From NCBI GenBank assembly GCA_038141865.1, contig JAYQIX010000001.1, forward strand, positions 133,199-197,198: 64,000 nucleotides of DNA, read 5' to 3'. Under the pieces are notes generated by a model. It was given only the letters and a program-made list of their open reading frames with translations, searched no databases and was not told the origin of the DNA. The DNA is from Gammaproteobacteria bacterium (GTDB lineage: Bacteria; Pseudomonadota; Gammaproteobacteria; Magnimaribacterales; D2472). Shown here piece by piece: positions 16,928 to 26,943 of the stretch. The translations under genes were made by a program, and so were the position numbers. Position 1 is the stretch's first letter. Every line of letters starts with the position of its first letter.

Positions 16928-17881
16928 ATGCAAAACTATTTAAGCTTATTTCCTCATATTGAACCTTATGCAACTGGATTTATTACTGAGGGATGCCATG
17001 AGATCTATTATGAAGAATGTGGAAATCCTAGTGGTAAACCAGTAGTTTTTCTTCATGGAGGACCTGGAGGGGGTGGAAGTGAGGATGTGAGAAGATTTTT
17101 TGATTCGTCGCTATATAGAATTATTGTTTTTGACCAAAGAGGATGTGGGAGAAGTAAGCCGCATGGCTGTTTAGAAAATAATACAACTTGGGATCTGGTG
17201 TCGGATATAGAAAAAATAAGGACTACATTAAACATCAAGAAGTGGATGGTATTTGGAGGTTCGTGGGGATCAACATTAGCCTTAGCATATTCTCAAGCCC
17301 ATCCAGAGTCTGTTAGTGAAATGATCTTAAGAGGAATTTTTATGCTTCGTCAAAAAGAACTTGACTGGTTTTATCAAGAAGGAGCAAGCAAGATATTTCC
17401 TGATGCTTGGGAAAGTTTTGTTGCCATTATTCCTCATAAAAAAAGAACTAACCTAATGGTTGCTTATAATGAAATATTTAATGGTAATGATGAAGGCCTT
17501 AAGCTTGAGGCAGCTATCAACTGGTCAAGATGGGAAGCAGCAACTAGCAAGCTTGTCCAAAATAATTCATTAATAGATGAATTTTCTGATCCTTATTTTG
17601 CTCTCGCATTTGCTTTGATTGAAAATCATTATTTTATTAATAAAGGATTTTTAAATAGCGAGAATCAATTAATAAAAGGCATAGAAAAAATAAGACATAT
17701 CCCTGCAAAAATCATTCAAGGAAGATATGACGTTGTATGTCCTATGGAAACAGCATATGAGGTTTACAAAGAATGGCCAGAAGCAACACTTGAGATAGCC
17801 AAAAGCTCTGGTCACTCTGCTTTTGAGAAAGAAATTATTCATTTGCTTATTTCTGCAACAAATGAATTTGCCTGCAATTAA
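16928..17881 (+). CDS. pip: Proline iminopeptidase
   Basis: Alpha/beta hydrolase with LFPHIEPY..G, HGGPGGG and GGSWGSTLAL, typical of Pip. I chose the start at MQNYLSLFP, which matches usual Pip N-termini; the track start at 16892 is a TTG. Confidence 0.9.
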   Translation: MQNYLSLFPHIEPYATGFITEGCHEIYYEECGNPSGKPVVFLHGGPGGGGSEDVRRFFDSSLYRIIVFDQRGCGRSKPHGCLENNTTWDLVSDIEKIRTTLNIKKWMVFGGSWGSTLALAYSQAHPESVSEMILRGIFMLRQKELDWFYQEGASKIFPDAWESFVAIIPHKKRTNLMVAYNEIFNGNDEGLKLEAAINWSRWEAATSKLVQNNSLIDEFSDPYFALAFALIENHYFINKGFLNSENQLIKGIEKIRHIPAKIIQGRYDVVCPMETAYEVYKEWPEATLEIAKSSGHSAFEKEIIHLLISATNEFACN

Positions 17882-17928
17882 TCTATTTTAAATAAAATTA
17901 ATGTATCTTTCTGTTATTCTATAGTTGC

Positions 17929-18657
17929 ATGTCTAAAGAAAATTCAAAGGATAAAAGAGTTGAAAGAATTATTAACGAGTACAAGACTCCTAATCAAAAG
18001 TATATAGACGAAAACGTAGAGAATATGATTGTATTCTTTGGCTCAGCAAGAGCACCGTCAGCAAGTGAAGCAGAAACCTTAAAAAAATCTAATCCAGATA
18101 ATCCTAAGTTAAAACTGAGTAAATATAGTAAAGATGCAGAAATGCTTGCCTTTATGCTGTCTGAATGGAATCAGCAAACATTTGGTTATCATAAGTATTC
18201 AATATGCACGGGTGGAGGTCCAGGCATAATGAGAGCGGCTAATAAAGGCGCTTATGATGGTGGGGGGAAAAGTATAGGTTTATCAATTGAGCTTCCTTTT
18301 GAAGAAGAGACAAACCCATATTTGAGTGAAAATCTTGATTTTAACTTTCATTATTTTTTCATGAGAAAGTTCTGGTTTGCATACAGGGCAGAAGCTCTTG
18401 TGATAATGCCTGGAGGCTTTGGAACCATGGATGAGCTTTTTGAAATGCTTACCTTAATACAGTGTAAAAAAATAAAAAAAACTTTTCCCATAGTTATGTT
18501 TGGAAAAGAGTTTTGGAATAAATTTCTCAATATGGAGGCTTTGCTGGACTACGGTGTGATTAATAAAGAAGATCTTGAGAACCTCTTTTATACTGATGAA
18601 GTAGATGAGGCTTATAAATACATTACCTCTAAGTTAGAAAAACCAAATAATAACTAG
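17929..18657 (+). CDS. LOG-family / TIGR00730 Rossmann-fold nucleotide nucleosidase
   Basis: 242-aa ORF with GGGPGIMRAANKGA and PGGFGTMDELFE signature motifs. Confidence 0.8.
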   Translation: MSKENSKDKRVERIINEYKTPNQKYIDENVENMIVFFGSARAPSASEAETLKKSNPDNPKLKLSKYSKDAEMLAFMLSEWNQQTFGYHKYSICTGGGPGIMRAANKGAYDGGGKSIGLSIELPFEEETNPYLSENLDFNFHYFFMRKFWFAYRAEALVIMPGGFGTMDELFEMLTLIQCKKIKKTFPIVMFGKEFWNKFLNMEALLDYGVINKEDLENLFYTDEVDEAYKYITSKLEKPNNN

Positions 18658-18658
18658 A

Positions 18659-19093
18659 CTAACTCCAGAGGGTCTCTGGATTGACCATGGTCTTTATCTC
18701 AAGAACATTACCACTAGGATCTTGAATAAAGAAAGTTTCTTGTTCCCTGTCTTTGTTTATGAAGCGCCTATATGGCTCATCGTAATAATTAAATTTTTCT
18801 GATGCTTCAATTCTGTCTTTCAAAGCAAAAAATTCATCTTCTTTGAGATGTGCGCCAAAGTGAGGTACTGAAACAGTTCCCATATCAACATCGTGTCTTT
18901 TTTTGCTTGCAACTTCATCAGGGCCATGATGAAGGGTAAGCTCATTACCCCAAAAGTTTATATCTTGCCATCTACCCTCTTCATAATCACCAGCAACACA
19001 TCCCATTAAATCACAGTAGAACTCTTTAGACTCTTCTATGCTTTTAACAGCGATAGCCAAGTGAAATCTATTAGAGTCATTTAAATATTTCAT
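18659..19093 (-). CDS. VOC (glyoxalase/bleomycin-resistance/dioxygenase) family protein
   Basis: 144-aa ORF with FHLAI.V....S..FY and a C-terminal F..DPSGN.LE pattern of the VOC fold. Confidence 0.6.
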   Translation of the reverse strand: MKYLNDSNRFHLAIAVKSIEESKEFYCDLMGCVAGDYEEGRWQDINFWGNELTLHHGPDEVASKKRHDVDMGTVSVPHFGAHLKEDEFFALKDRIEASEKFNYYDEPYRRFINKDREQETFFIQDPSGNVLEIKTMVNPETLWS

Positions 19094-19200
19094 AAGGTGA
19101 TTTTACCAGCATATGAAAAACTATAAACTAGTTAAATCTAAAAAAATCTCTTTAAAATGCATGCTTTAACTCAACATATAGAATTAGCCTATAATCCATA

Positions 19201-19701
19201 ATGATGAATTTAAAAAAATCAATTTCCTTTGTTGGCATGGCTGGTTGTGGCAAAACTACCATTGGGAGATTATTTGCAAAAAAACACAGAGTTAGTTTTA
19301 TCGATACCGATCATTTAATTGAAAAAAAACTCAACAAATCTTTGCAGGATATTAAAGATGAGAAAGGTTACATGTATCTGAGAGAAATTGAGCAAGAAAT
19401 AGTTCTTGCAATAGATGCAAGCATCCAGATTATTTCAACAGGCGGAAGTGTTATTTATTCGGAACAAGCAATTACCCATTTAAAACAAATTTCATCAGTT
19501 GTCTTTATTGATACTCCCTATGAATTAATCAAGAAAAGAATAGGTGATGCAAGCGACAGGGGATTTTCTGTACCTGATGGATTTTCTGTAAAAGATGCTT
19601 TTGATGAAAGGATGCCTATGTATCAAAAGCATCAAGACTTTACTGTTGATGGCGCTAAGTCTGAAGATTACATAATTAAAAGTATAGAACAGTGGATATA
19701 G
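19201..19701 (+). CDS. aroK: Shikimate kinase family protein
   Basis: 166-aa ORF with P-loop GMAGCGKTTIG, DTD shortly after, and STGGS. Size and motif order fit AroK. The symbol is tentative. Confidence 0.55.
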   Translation: MMNLKKSISFVGMAGCGKTTIGRLFAKKHRVSFIDTDHLIEKKLNKSLQDIKDEKGYMYLREIEQEIVLAIDASIQIISTGGSVIYSEQAITHLKQISSVVFIDTPYELIKKRIGDASDRGFSVPDGFSVKDAFDERMPMYQKHQDFTVDGAKSEDYIIKSIEQWI

Positions 19702-20374
19702 AAAAAGGCAAGAAGATACTAATTATTGGTGCCTCTGGATTGGTTGGTGGCTGATAGCTAAATTCTGTGAAGAGAAAAAGTATCATCAAATCCAAATCAA
19801 TAGAACAAGTCTTTGTAACAAATCAGATCTGATTGAAGAGATAGTGACAGATTTTAATGATAATAAATATTTAGCGGATATTCCGAGCACTGACCATGTA
19901 TGTGTTGCGTCTGGATCTAGGCTGAGCTTGGCTCAATTAATATATATAAGAAAAAAAGATAGAGAGCTATTTAAAAAAATCGATCTAAACATGCCAGTTG
20001 AAATTGCAAAAAATGCTTTCCTAAAGGGAGCTAAAGAAATATCAATTATTTCTGCGGTAGGTGCTGATGAAAACTCTGCGAACTATTACCTAAAAATAAA
20101 AGGTGTTCTAGAAAAAGAAATTAAAAATATTGGCTTCGAAAAAATTACATTTGTCAGGCCTGGTCATTTGCTAGGTAAAAGAGATTCAAAAGTGGCATGG
20201 GAAGTAAAAATTTATGAATTTATCTTTATGATGATGAAGCCAATAATGATTGGTATTTTTAAAAAATTCAGAAATGTCCAAGCAAAAGATGTGGCGCTAG
20301 CTGTAATATCCTCAATTGAGAAGAGCTTCGATGGTTCGAGAATTCTTGAATATGATGATATCGTTAAGAAGTAG
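19692..20374 (+). pseudogene. NAD(P)H-binding oxidoreductase (YraR/HTATIP2-like) interrupted by a 1-nt frameshift
   Basis: The GTG-start frame gives (M)DIEKGKKILIIGASGLVGG then TGA at 19752. The -1 frame continues LIAKFCEEKKYH...VTDFND... into the 19844..20374 ORF (VCVASGSR, FVRPGHLLG). Total length plus 1 nt is divisible by 3. Confidence 0.6.
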
Positions 20375-20409
20375 TTTATTTTTAAATATAGAAAATAATG
20401 GAGGCTTCT

Positions 20410-20769
20410 ATGAAAAAAACATTGCTTGCGATATTCGCAATTACATTCTCATCTTCTCTTATTGCTGATCATCATAAAGCTGGTGAAAAGCATAAAGATT
20501 CAAGAATGCATCATCCAAACCACCTGCTAAACTTTAAAGAATGCAAAGAAACCAAAGATGCTGTTGGAGAGTTTCTTGTGCTAGCAGATGCATCATGGAA
20601 AGAAATTGAAAATAATCCTGAGAACAAAGAAGAATGGGCAAAGGCAGGCTATTTGGCTGAACTATCTGCCAATTACTCTACTGTTTATGATGTTTGGTGC
20701 AAAGACATGGTAAACAAGAGGGTAAAAATGGGCATGATGAAAAAGAAGAAAGAAAGCAAGAAAGACTAA
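20410..20769 (+). CDS. Secreted His-rich hypothetical protein
   Basis: GGAGG lies 5 nt upstream of the MKKTLLAIFAITFSSSLIA signal peptide. The mature N-terminus is DHHKAGEKHKDSRMHHPNH. No family recognised. Confidence 0.45.
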   Translation: MKKTLLAIFAITFSSSLIADHHKAGEKHKDSRMHHPNHLLNFKECKETKDAVGEFLVLADASWKEIENNPENKEEWAKAGYLAELSANYSTVYDVWCKDMVNKRVKMGMMKKKKESKKD

Positions 20770-20990
20770 AACTTACCTCTTTGGAATCTCATTCTTATTG
20801 AATAAACCCTTATTAGTGCAACAAATGTTAGTACTGACTGAGTAAATATTGAAATAGATAAAGGATTTGACCAATGCCAGTTATCTATTGTTAGCCATAA
20901 CAAAAATGTTTGCAGTGGAAAATTTATTACTGCCCCCATCAAGACAACTATTATTGCTTCTCTAAAAGCTGTTTTTTCAGTTTTATTCAT
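20766..20990 (-). CDS. Small two-TM membrane protein, hypothetical
   Basis: 74-aa ORF with two hydrophobic helices, tightly packed after ybjQ (2-nt gap). Confidence 0.4.
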   Translation of the reverse strand: MNKTEKTAFREAIIVVLMGAVINFPLQTFLLWLTIDNWHWSNPLSISIFTQSVLTFVALIRVYSIRMRFQRGKF

Positions 20991-20992
20991 AT

Positions 20993-21325
20993 TTATTCTC
21001 TGTTTATTTTTATTGCTGTTCCGTATGCAAGAATTTCAGATGCCCCTTTCGCAATTGAAGATGTCTGAAATCTAAAACTTACAATTGCATTTGCACCTCG
21101 CTCTTCTGCATCTTGAATCATGCGATCATAAGCCTGACTTCTAGCAGATGCAAGGAGTTTAGAATATCCAACCAACTCTCCTCCAATAATAGTTTTCAAA
21201 GATGCTATAAGGTCACTGATAAAGTTTCTTGATTTAACAGTACTTCCTTGAACAACACCAAGATACTCAATTTGTTCGTAGCCTAAAATTTCATTAGATG
21301 AAACAACTAAAATTTTTTGATCCAT
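20993..21325 (-). CDS. ybjQ: YbjQ/UPF0145 family protein
   Basis: G.V.G..V.SRN...D......IIGGE...Y..L....R..A..RM...A...GANAIV..RF pattern. Start trimmed to MDQKILVV. Confidence 0.8.
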   Translation of the reverse strand: MDQKILVVSSNEILGYEQIEYLGVVQGSTVKSRNFISDLIASLKTIIGGELVGYSKLLASARSQAYDRMIQDAEERGANAIVSFRFQTSSIAKGASEILAYGTAIKINRE

Positions 21326-21361
21326 GACAATTTTCCTAAAATGTTTTACTTTATTAATATA

Positions 21362-21694
21362 ATGCATGACTTTATAGAAGCAAAGTTCTCAATTGGGGTA
21401 ATCGTAAAACATAAATATCTTAATTTTCGTGGAGTGATATTTGATGTTGATCCTATTTTTAATAATAGTGAAGAGTGGTACCAGGCTATTCCAAAAGAAA
21501 TTAGACCCCATAAAAATCAGCCCTTTTATCACCTTCTTGCTGAGAACAAAGATATTTTTTATATAGCTTATGTATCTGAACAAAATTTGTTAATTGATAA
21601 GTCAAATAGACAATGTTCTCACCCTGATATTAAGAAAATTTTTTCAAATTTTAACGGAGAGAAGTACATCCCTCACATCAGAACGAATAACTAA
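21362..21694 (+). CDS. hspQ: Heat shock protein HspQ (hemimethylated-DNA-binding YccV domain)
   Basis: AKFSIGVIVKHKYLNFRGVIFDVDP.F and QPFYHLLAEN motifs. Start trimmed to MHDFIEAKF. Confidence 0.8.
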   Translation: MHDFIEAKFSIGVIVKHKYLNFRGVIFDVDPIFNNSEEWYQAIPKEIRPHKNQPFYHLLAENKDIFYIAYVSEQNLLIDKSNRQCSHPDIKKIFSNFNGEKYIPHIRTNN

Positions 21695-22899
21695 GAAAGC
21701 AGGTCGTGGTGAGCAACTTGAACGGCTGTTATAAATACATCCATCGCTAATGCTAAATTTTCTTCGTCCACAAATGTAGGTGCAATTCTAATAATATTAT
21801 CTAAAGGATCTTTGCCGTATGGGAATGTTGCTCCGGCCGGGGTTATTAGAACCCCAGCAGACTTACAAAGATCAACAACTTTTGTTGCTATTGGTTTATT
21901 TGTTTTGTATGTAATGAAATAACCACCGGTTGGCTTAGAGAAGGTGCCATAGTCTGAAGACAATTTTTCAAGGATTTTATATGAAAGCTCAAATTTTGGC
22001 CTTATTAAATCAGCATGATTTTTCATGTGCTCAATAATAGAGTTTTTATCTTTAAAGAAGTCTATATGTTTTTTTTGATTTATTTTATCTGGACAAATTA
22101 CCATAGAGGCCCTCATTCTTTTGATTAGTTCTAGGTTTTTGCCAGATGCAGCTAAGAATGAGAGGCCGCCGCCGCCAAAAGTTACTTTTGAAAAGGAAGT
22201 CACTACTACTGCATTATTCTCAGCATTTACCTGTTGAGCAAGTTTCCATACATCAGATTGACTCCTGGTTGGGAGAAAGTCATGAACCAAATAAGCATTA
22301 TCAAATAAAATCAAGAAATCTTCAGAATAGTTTTTTGATACTTCAAAAATTTCTAAAATATTGTTATCAGAATAAACTTCCCCTGATGGATTAGAGTGCC
22401 TTGGCACACATATCATACCAACGACATCTGTTTCATTTTGAAGAACCTCAGTTAAGCTTTCAATACAAACACCATCATCCACAAGTGGAATTGTTATCAT
22501 CTCAATACCCAAATCTTCAAACATCCTAAAATGTCGGTCAAAACCAGGTACAGGACATATAAACTTAGGCGAATTAATATTTTTCCATGCTTTTTTTGAA
22601 CCAAATAAATAATGAGATAGCATCACTTGATAGGAAAGTAATAAACTTGATTGCTCCCCTGTAATAATATTTTCAACAGGTGCTCCTAAAAGATCAGAGC
22701 CCAAGCTCCTTGCTTCAATTAGGCCAAGAGGCTCTCCATAGTTTCTTAAATCAACTTTTCCAAGATAGGGGTCAACCTCCATTTTCAAAAGATTATTAGA
22801 TAAATCTAATTGTTTAGATTCGGGCTTCCCTCTTGTTATATCGATATTAAGGCCTAAAGACTTTAAATTATTAAAATGGTTTAGAATAGAATCTGACAT
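21691..22899 (-). CDS. PLP-dependent aminotransferase (class I/II fold)
   Basis: 402-aa ORF with N-terminal ITRGKP...QLDLS, NPSG and SFSK(V) (Schiff-base Lys region). Confidence 0.75.
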   Translation of the reverse strand: MSDSILNHFNNLKSLGLNIDITRGKPESKQLDLSNNLLKMEVDPYLGKVDLRNYGEPLGLIEARSLGSDLLGAPVENIITGEQSSLLLSYQVMLSHYLFGSKKAWKNINSPKFICPVPGFDRHFRMFEDLGIEMITIPLVDDGVCIESLTEVLQNETDVVGMICVPRHSNPSGEVYSDNNILEIFEVSKNYSEDFLILFDNAYLVHDFLPTRSQSDVWKLAQQVNAENNAVVVTSFSKVTFGGGGLSFLAASGKNLELIKRMRASMVICPDKINQKKHIDFFKDKNSIIEHMKNHADLIRPKFELSYKILEKLSSDYGTFSKPTGGYFITYKTNKPIATKVVDLCKSAGVLITPAGATFPYGKDPLDNIIRIAPTFVDEENLALAMDVFITAVQVAHHDLLS

Positions 22900-22930
22900 T
22901 ATGATTATTAAGTTGTTTTAAAAAATTATT

Positions 22931-24016
22931 ATGAATCAAGAAAGTTTATATTTTTTGCTAATAATAACAGTACTACTGTTAATTATAATTCCAATTGTTT
23001 ACTTTATAAGCAAAAGAAGGAATAAATTTATTGAATTAAGCTTTTCAAACTTAGCTAATGAAATTCTTAAAGAAAATAATGAGACTTTAAATAAAAATAA
23101 TTTCGAAAGACTGCGAGAAACTCTTGAGCCATTCAAGGAACAAATTAATCAACTCAATGCTCAGATAAGTGATCTTAAAAAAGAACAAGCAAGAGCAAAA
23201 GAAAATTTTTCACTTCAAGTAGAAAAAGTTGTAGAACAGACTACCAAGATTAGCGTAGATGCAGATAACCTAACTAACGCCTTAAAATCTGATTCAAAAG
23301 CACAAGGTACATGGGGGGAAATGGTTCTGGAGAGAACACTTGAAGAATCTGGTCTTAGGCAAGGTATAGATTATGAATTGCAAAAATCCTTTAAAGATAA
23401 AAGTGGTAAAAATTACATTCCTGATGCAGTTATCTATCTTCCAGACAATAGAAACATTATTATAGATTCAAAAGTTTCATTAACAGCATACTCAAAATAT
23501 GTTGATACAAAAGATTCTCAAGAAGGTGAGACTTTCCTAAAAGAGCATATAAAATCTATCAAGAACCATATGAAAGGCCTTGTTGAAAAAGACTATAACT
23601 CTCTTGAAGGCATTAATGCTCCAGATTATGTTCTTATATTTGTTCCTCTCGAATCTGCTTTATCATCTGCACTAAAAGCAGACTGGGATATTCAAAGACT
23701 TGCGATGCAAAATCAGATGGGATTTGTAACTCCTATAAATCTTATTTCTATTTTGAGGATGGCTGAAAGTTTATGGAAATTAGATTCGCAAAATAAAAAT
23801 GCGCAAGACATAGCTAAAAGAGCAGGTCTAATGATTGATAAATTTAATGGATTAAATAATGATATAAAAGATCTCAAAAGACATTTGAATCTATCACTCT
23901 CAGCTCTAGAAGGAGCTGAAAACAAACTTATAAATGGAAATGGTAATTTATTCAGTCAAGCAAAGGAATTAGAACAGCTTGGCGCCAAAACTAAGAAAAA
24001 ACTCTCAGATAATTAA
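22931..24016 (+). CDS. rmuC: DNA recombination protein RmuC
   Basis: 361-aa ORF with an N-terminal TM helix, a long coiled coil, then the RmuC core (GTWGEMVLERTLE, PDAVIYLP, IIIDSK, FVPLESA). Confidence 0.9.
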   Translation: MNQESLYFLLIITVLLLIIIPIVYFISKRRNKFIELSFSNLANEILKENNETLNKNNFERLRETLEPFKEQINQLNAQISDLKKEQARAKENFSLQVEKVVEQTTKISVDADNLTNALKSDSKAQGTWGEMVLERTLEESGLRQGIDYELQKSFKDKSGKNYIPDAVIYLPDNRNIIIDSKVSLTAYSKYVDTKDSQEGETFLKEHIKSIKNHMKGLVEKDYNSLEGINAPDYVLIFVPLESALSSALKADWDIQRLAMQNQMGFVTPINLISILRMAESLWKLDSQNKNAQDIAKRAGLMIDKFNGLNNDIKDLKRHLNLSLSALEGAENKLINGNGNLFSQAKELEQLGAKTKKKLSDN

Positions 24017-24900
24017 TAATAGAATCCTCTCCACATTCTTAGACCAAAGAACAATGACAGAAGCCATAACACTAATTCAGGCAAATTAGGATTGCTGTTA
24101 TATCCAAAAAAACCTTTAAGAAAAACTCCTACACTTCCCTTATCGTGGAATAAGTGAACATACTTTTCTTTTGATCCATCATATGTGTACATAAAAGCTA
24201 CATCAGATTCTGACAAAGAATCTTTTGGTTGAAGGATGTCCCAAGGCCTATAAATATCATCTGAGTTAAAGTCTTCGATTATCTCAGACTTTACTATATA
24301 TTCTTCTACCTCATGCGTACCATAAGCAATCATTCCGGATGCTAAAAAGACTAATAACAATGTTGAGTATTTGAATATATTTCTAATATCGACTTTTCGT
24401 CCCTGTATGACAATCAAGTAACCAATTAGAATTGCTAAAATAGCACCGAGAAAAAATCCTAGATACGAAAAAGTTCCTGTAATTGATAGGCTGGATATTA
24501 AAAATATAGCTGTCTCGAATCCTTCCCTGAGTATTGCAAAGAAAACTACAAAGAATACACCCCATGAGGAAATTTTTATTGCATTTAGGGCGCTTGACTC
24601 TAATTCTTTTTTATCAGATACATTTTTTGAAAGCCAAAAAATTACATACCATATCAAAAATGCTGTTAGATATAGAAAAACGCCTTCAAACAAAGCCTGT
24701 GTTGAATTATTGCCTAGAGAATTTTTAGCAAGTATTACTAGATATCCAACTGCAATACTTGCAGCTATTGCTGCTCCAACACCAAGCCAAAGTTTTTTGA
24801 AATGATCCTTTAGATTAGATTTTTCTAAAAGAAGATAAATTATTCCAACAACCAAAGAGGCCTCTAAAACTTCTCTAAAAACTATAATAAATTCACTCAT
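24013..24900 (-). CDS. FTR1-family high-affinity iron permease
   Basis: 295-aa polytopic ORF with two REGxE-type motifs (REVLEA in TM1, REGFET in TM4). Confidence 0.85.
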   Translation of the reverse strand: MSEFIIVFREVLEASLVVGIIYLLLEKSNLKDHFKKLWLGVGAAIAASIAVGYLVILAKNSLGNNSTQALFEGVFLYLTAFLIWYVIFWLSKNVSDKKELESSALNAIKISSWGVFFVVFFAILREGFETAIFLISSLSITGTFSYLGFFLGAILAILIGYLIVIQGRKVDIRNIFKYSTLLLVFLASGMIAYGTHEVEEYIVKSEIIEDFNSDDIYRPWDILQPKDSLSESDVAFMYTYDGSKEKYVHLFHDKGSVGVFLKGFFGYNSNPNLPELVLWLLSLFFGLRMWRGFYY

Positions 24901-24931
24901 GATGATTAATATTTAAAAATAATGTCACAAT

Positions 24932-24952
24932 AGTAAATGATTCTCATTTACT
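24932..24952. promoter_or_regulatory. Putative Fur box upstream of the FTR1 permease gene
   Basis: Palindrome AGTAAATGA-TTC-TCATTTACT. The central 19-mer matches GATAATGATAATCATTATC at 13/19 by hand count. It lies 32-52 nt upstream of the ATG. Confidence 0.5.
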
Positions 24953-25039
24953 TAGCAATCTTCTCTTTTTTTCAAAGAAATACTTGTTAATTTAATTGAT
25001 TACAAATACTTAAATAAAGATATATGAGATAATGAAAAT

Positions 25040-26278
25040 ATGAAAAAAATTGCTGTGATTGGCGCTGGTATTGCTGGTGTAACTACTGCATATGCTCTTG
25101 CAAAAAGGGGCTTTAAAGTAACAATAATTGATTCAAGAAGATATCCAGCCATGGCTACAAGCTATGCTAATGGCGGTCAATTGAGTGCAAGTAATGCTGA
25201 GACATGGAATACACCTAAAAATATCGCAAGTGGCCTTAAGTGGATGTTCAAAGCTGATGCTCCTCTTCTCTTCAATCCTTCCCCAAATATTCAAAAATAT
25301 AAATGGATGTTTGGTTTCTTGGCAGAAACACTTAGAGGAACTCACAAAGATAATACTCTTCATACCATTGAACTTGCTAAAAGAGCACGAGATGTTTACT
25401 TTACAATTGCTGATGAAGAAAATATTGAGTTTGATCTACTTAAGAAAGGTATCTTAAGGTTTTATGATTCACAAAAAGAGTTTAAAGAGGATGCTCAAAA
25501 GAAAAGCTGGATAGAACAACCTGGCATGGAATGGGAAATAATGTCACCTGATGAGGTTGTTGCATTAGAACCCTCTTTAACTACAGCTAATAGTAAGAAT
25601 AAGATAGTTGGCGGCGTCTATACAAAGTCTGATGCCAGTGGTGACATACATAAGTTCTGCATTAATCTAGAGAAAGTACTAGTTGAAAAATACGATGTTC
25701 ATGTTCTTACAGACACTTCGGTTAGCAACCTATCACAAAGGGGCCATAAAATACTTGTTGAATATGATGATGGACAAAACCTTGAAAGTGAAGAGTATGC
25801 AAATGTTGTAATTTGTGCTGGTGTTAATACTCAGGATTTTGCAAACAAACTTGGAGATTCTATGAATGTCTATCCTGTTAAAGGCTATAGCGTGACGATA
25901 GATCTTAGAAATGAGCAATCAAAAAAAGGTGCTCCAATGGTTTCTTTAATAGACCAGCCAGTAAAAATTGTTGCTAGCAGGCTTGGTGATAAATTTAGAG
26001 TAGCTGGAACTGCTGAGCTTGCTGGAATAAATACTGATATTAGACAGGATCGAATCAGACCATTATTAAGATGGGTAAAAGAATTTTTTCCTGAGGTAAG
26101 AACAGAATCATACACCCCATGGGCAGGACTAAGACCAATGACGCCTAATATGATGCCCCTAACTCATGAAAGTAAAATGCCAGGAGTTTTCTATCACACA
26201 GGCCATGGCCATTTGGGGTGGACTTTAAGTGCTGCAACAGCTGAAATTGTTGCTGAAAAAATCAGCTCTGTAGATTAA
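25040..26278 (+). CDS. dadA: D-amino acid dehydrogenase (FAD-dependent)
   Basis: 412-aa ORF with VIGAGIAGVTTAY dinucleotide fold. It is collinear with E. coli DadA as I recall it (YANGGQLS, KWMF, VYPVKGYS, WAGLRPMTP, TGHGHLGWT). Confidence 0.85.
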   Translation: MKKIAVIGAGIAGVTTAYALAKRGFKVTIIDSRRYPAMATSYANGGQLSASNAETWNTPKNIASGLKWMFKADAPLLFNPSPNIQKYKWMFGFLAETLRGTHKDNTLHTIELAKRARDVYFTIADEENIEFDLLKKGILRFYDSQKEFKEDAQKKSWIEQPGMEWEIMSPDEVVALEPSLTTANSKNKIVGGVYTKSDASGDIHKFCINLEKVLVEKYDVHVLTDTSVSNLSQRGHKILVEYDDGQNLESEEYANVVICAGVNTQDFANKLGDSMNVYPVKGYSVTIDLRNEQSKKGAPMVSLIDQPVKIVASRLGDKFRVAGTAELAGINTDIRQDRIRPLLRWVKEFFPEVRTESYTPWAGLRPMTPNMMPLTHESKMPGVFYHTGHGHLGWTLSAATAEIVAEKISSVD

Positions 26279-26931
26279 GGCAAGTCTATAATTTTCCAAG
26301 AATTCTTAATAGATATTTCCCTTAACTGATTATCTGGATTAACAGCAACCGGATTTTCAACTACGTTCAATAATGGAAAATCATTGATTGAATCAGAGTA
26401 AAAAGTGCTGCCTTCAGTAATAGAGATATTGTTCTTATACGCCCACTCTTCAACTTTTTTAAGTTTACCCTCTCCAAGAGCAGGTGTGCCTAAAATTTTA
26501 CCCGTATAAACACCATCACAAATCTCTGCCTCGCTTGAAATAATATTTTGAAAGCCAAGTCTTTTGGCTATCGGTTCAACAATTACAGAATTAGTTGCAG
26601 AGGCAAGCAACATAATGTCATGTTCATGATTGTGGTCATGAATTAATCTAAGCGCATAAATATTTATCATCGGCTCAATAATCTTAATCATAAAATCTGA
26701 TATTAACTCCTCTATCTGATCAGGGCTTTTGCCTTTAATTGTAGACAAAGCAAACTCTGCCCATTCATCATAATCAAGGTCTCCCTCATAGTACTTGTCA
26801 TAAAAGTATTGGTTTTTTTCTTCATAGATTTTTTTATCAACCTTACCCAAATCAATTAAATAATTAATCCAAGAGTAGTCTGAATCTCCTTTAAGGATGG
26901 TATTATCAAGATCAAAAATTGTTAATTTCAT
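26275..26931 (-). CDS. HAD-IB family hydrolase (SerB-like)
   Basis: 218-aa ORF with HAD motif I FDLDNTI, motif II SAT, and motif IV YSDSINDFPLL. It is divergent from rppH. Confidence 0.7.
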   Translation of the reverse strand: MKLTIFDLDNTILKGDSDYSWINYLIDLGKVDKKIYEEKNQYFYDKYYEGDLDYDEWAEFALSTIKGKSPDQIEELISDFMIKIIEPMINIYALRLIHDHNHEHDIMLLASATNSVIVEPIAKRLGFQNIISSEAEICDGVYTGKILGTPALGEGKLKKVEEWAYKNNISITEGSTFYSDSINDFPLLNVVENPVAVNPDNQLREISIKNSWKIIDLP

Positions 26932-26943
26932 ATCGTATTAAAA

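Noticed and set aside
19190-19204. Perfect TATAAT ending 5 nt before the aroK-like ATG, suggesting a leaderless mRNA
   Set aside because: TATAAT-like hexamers are frequent by chance at this base composition, and the -35 region is poor (about 4/6 at best). This is not supportable without 5'-end data.
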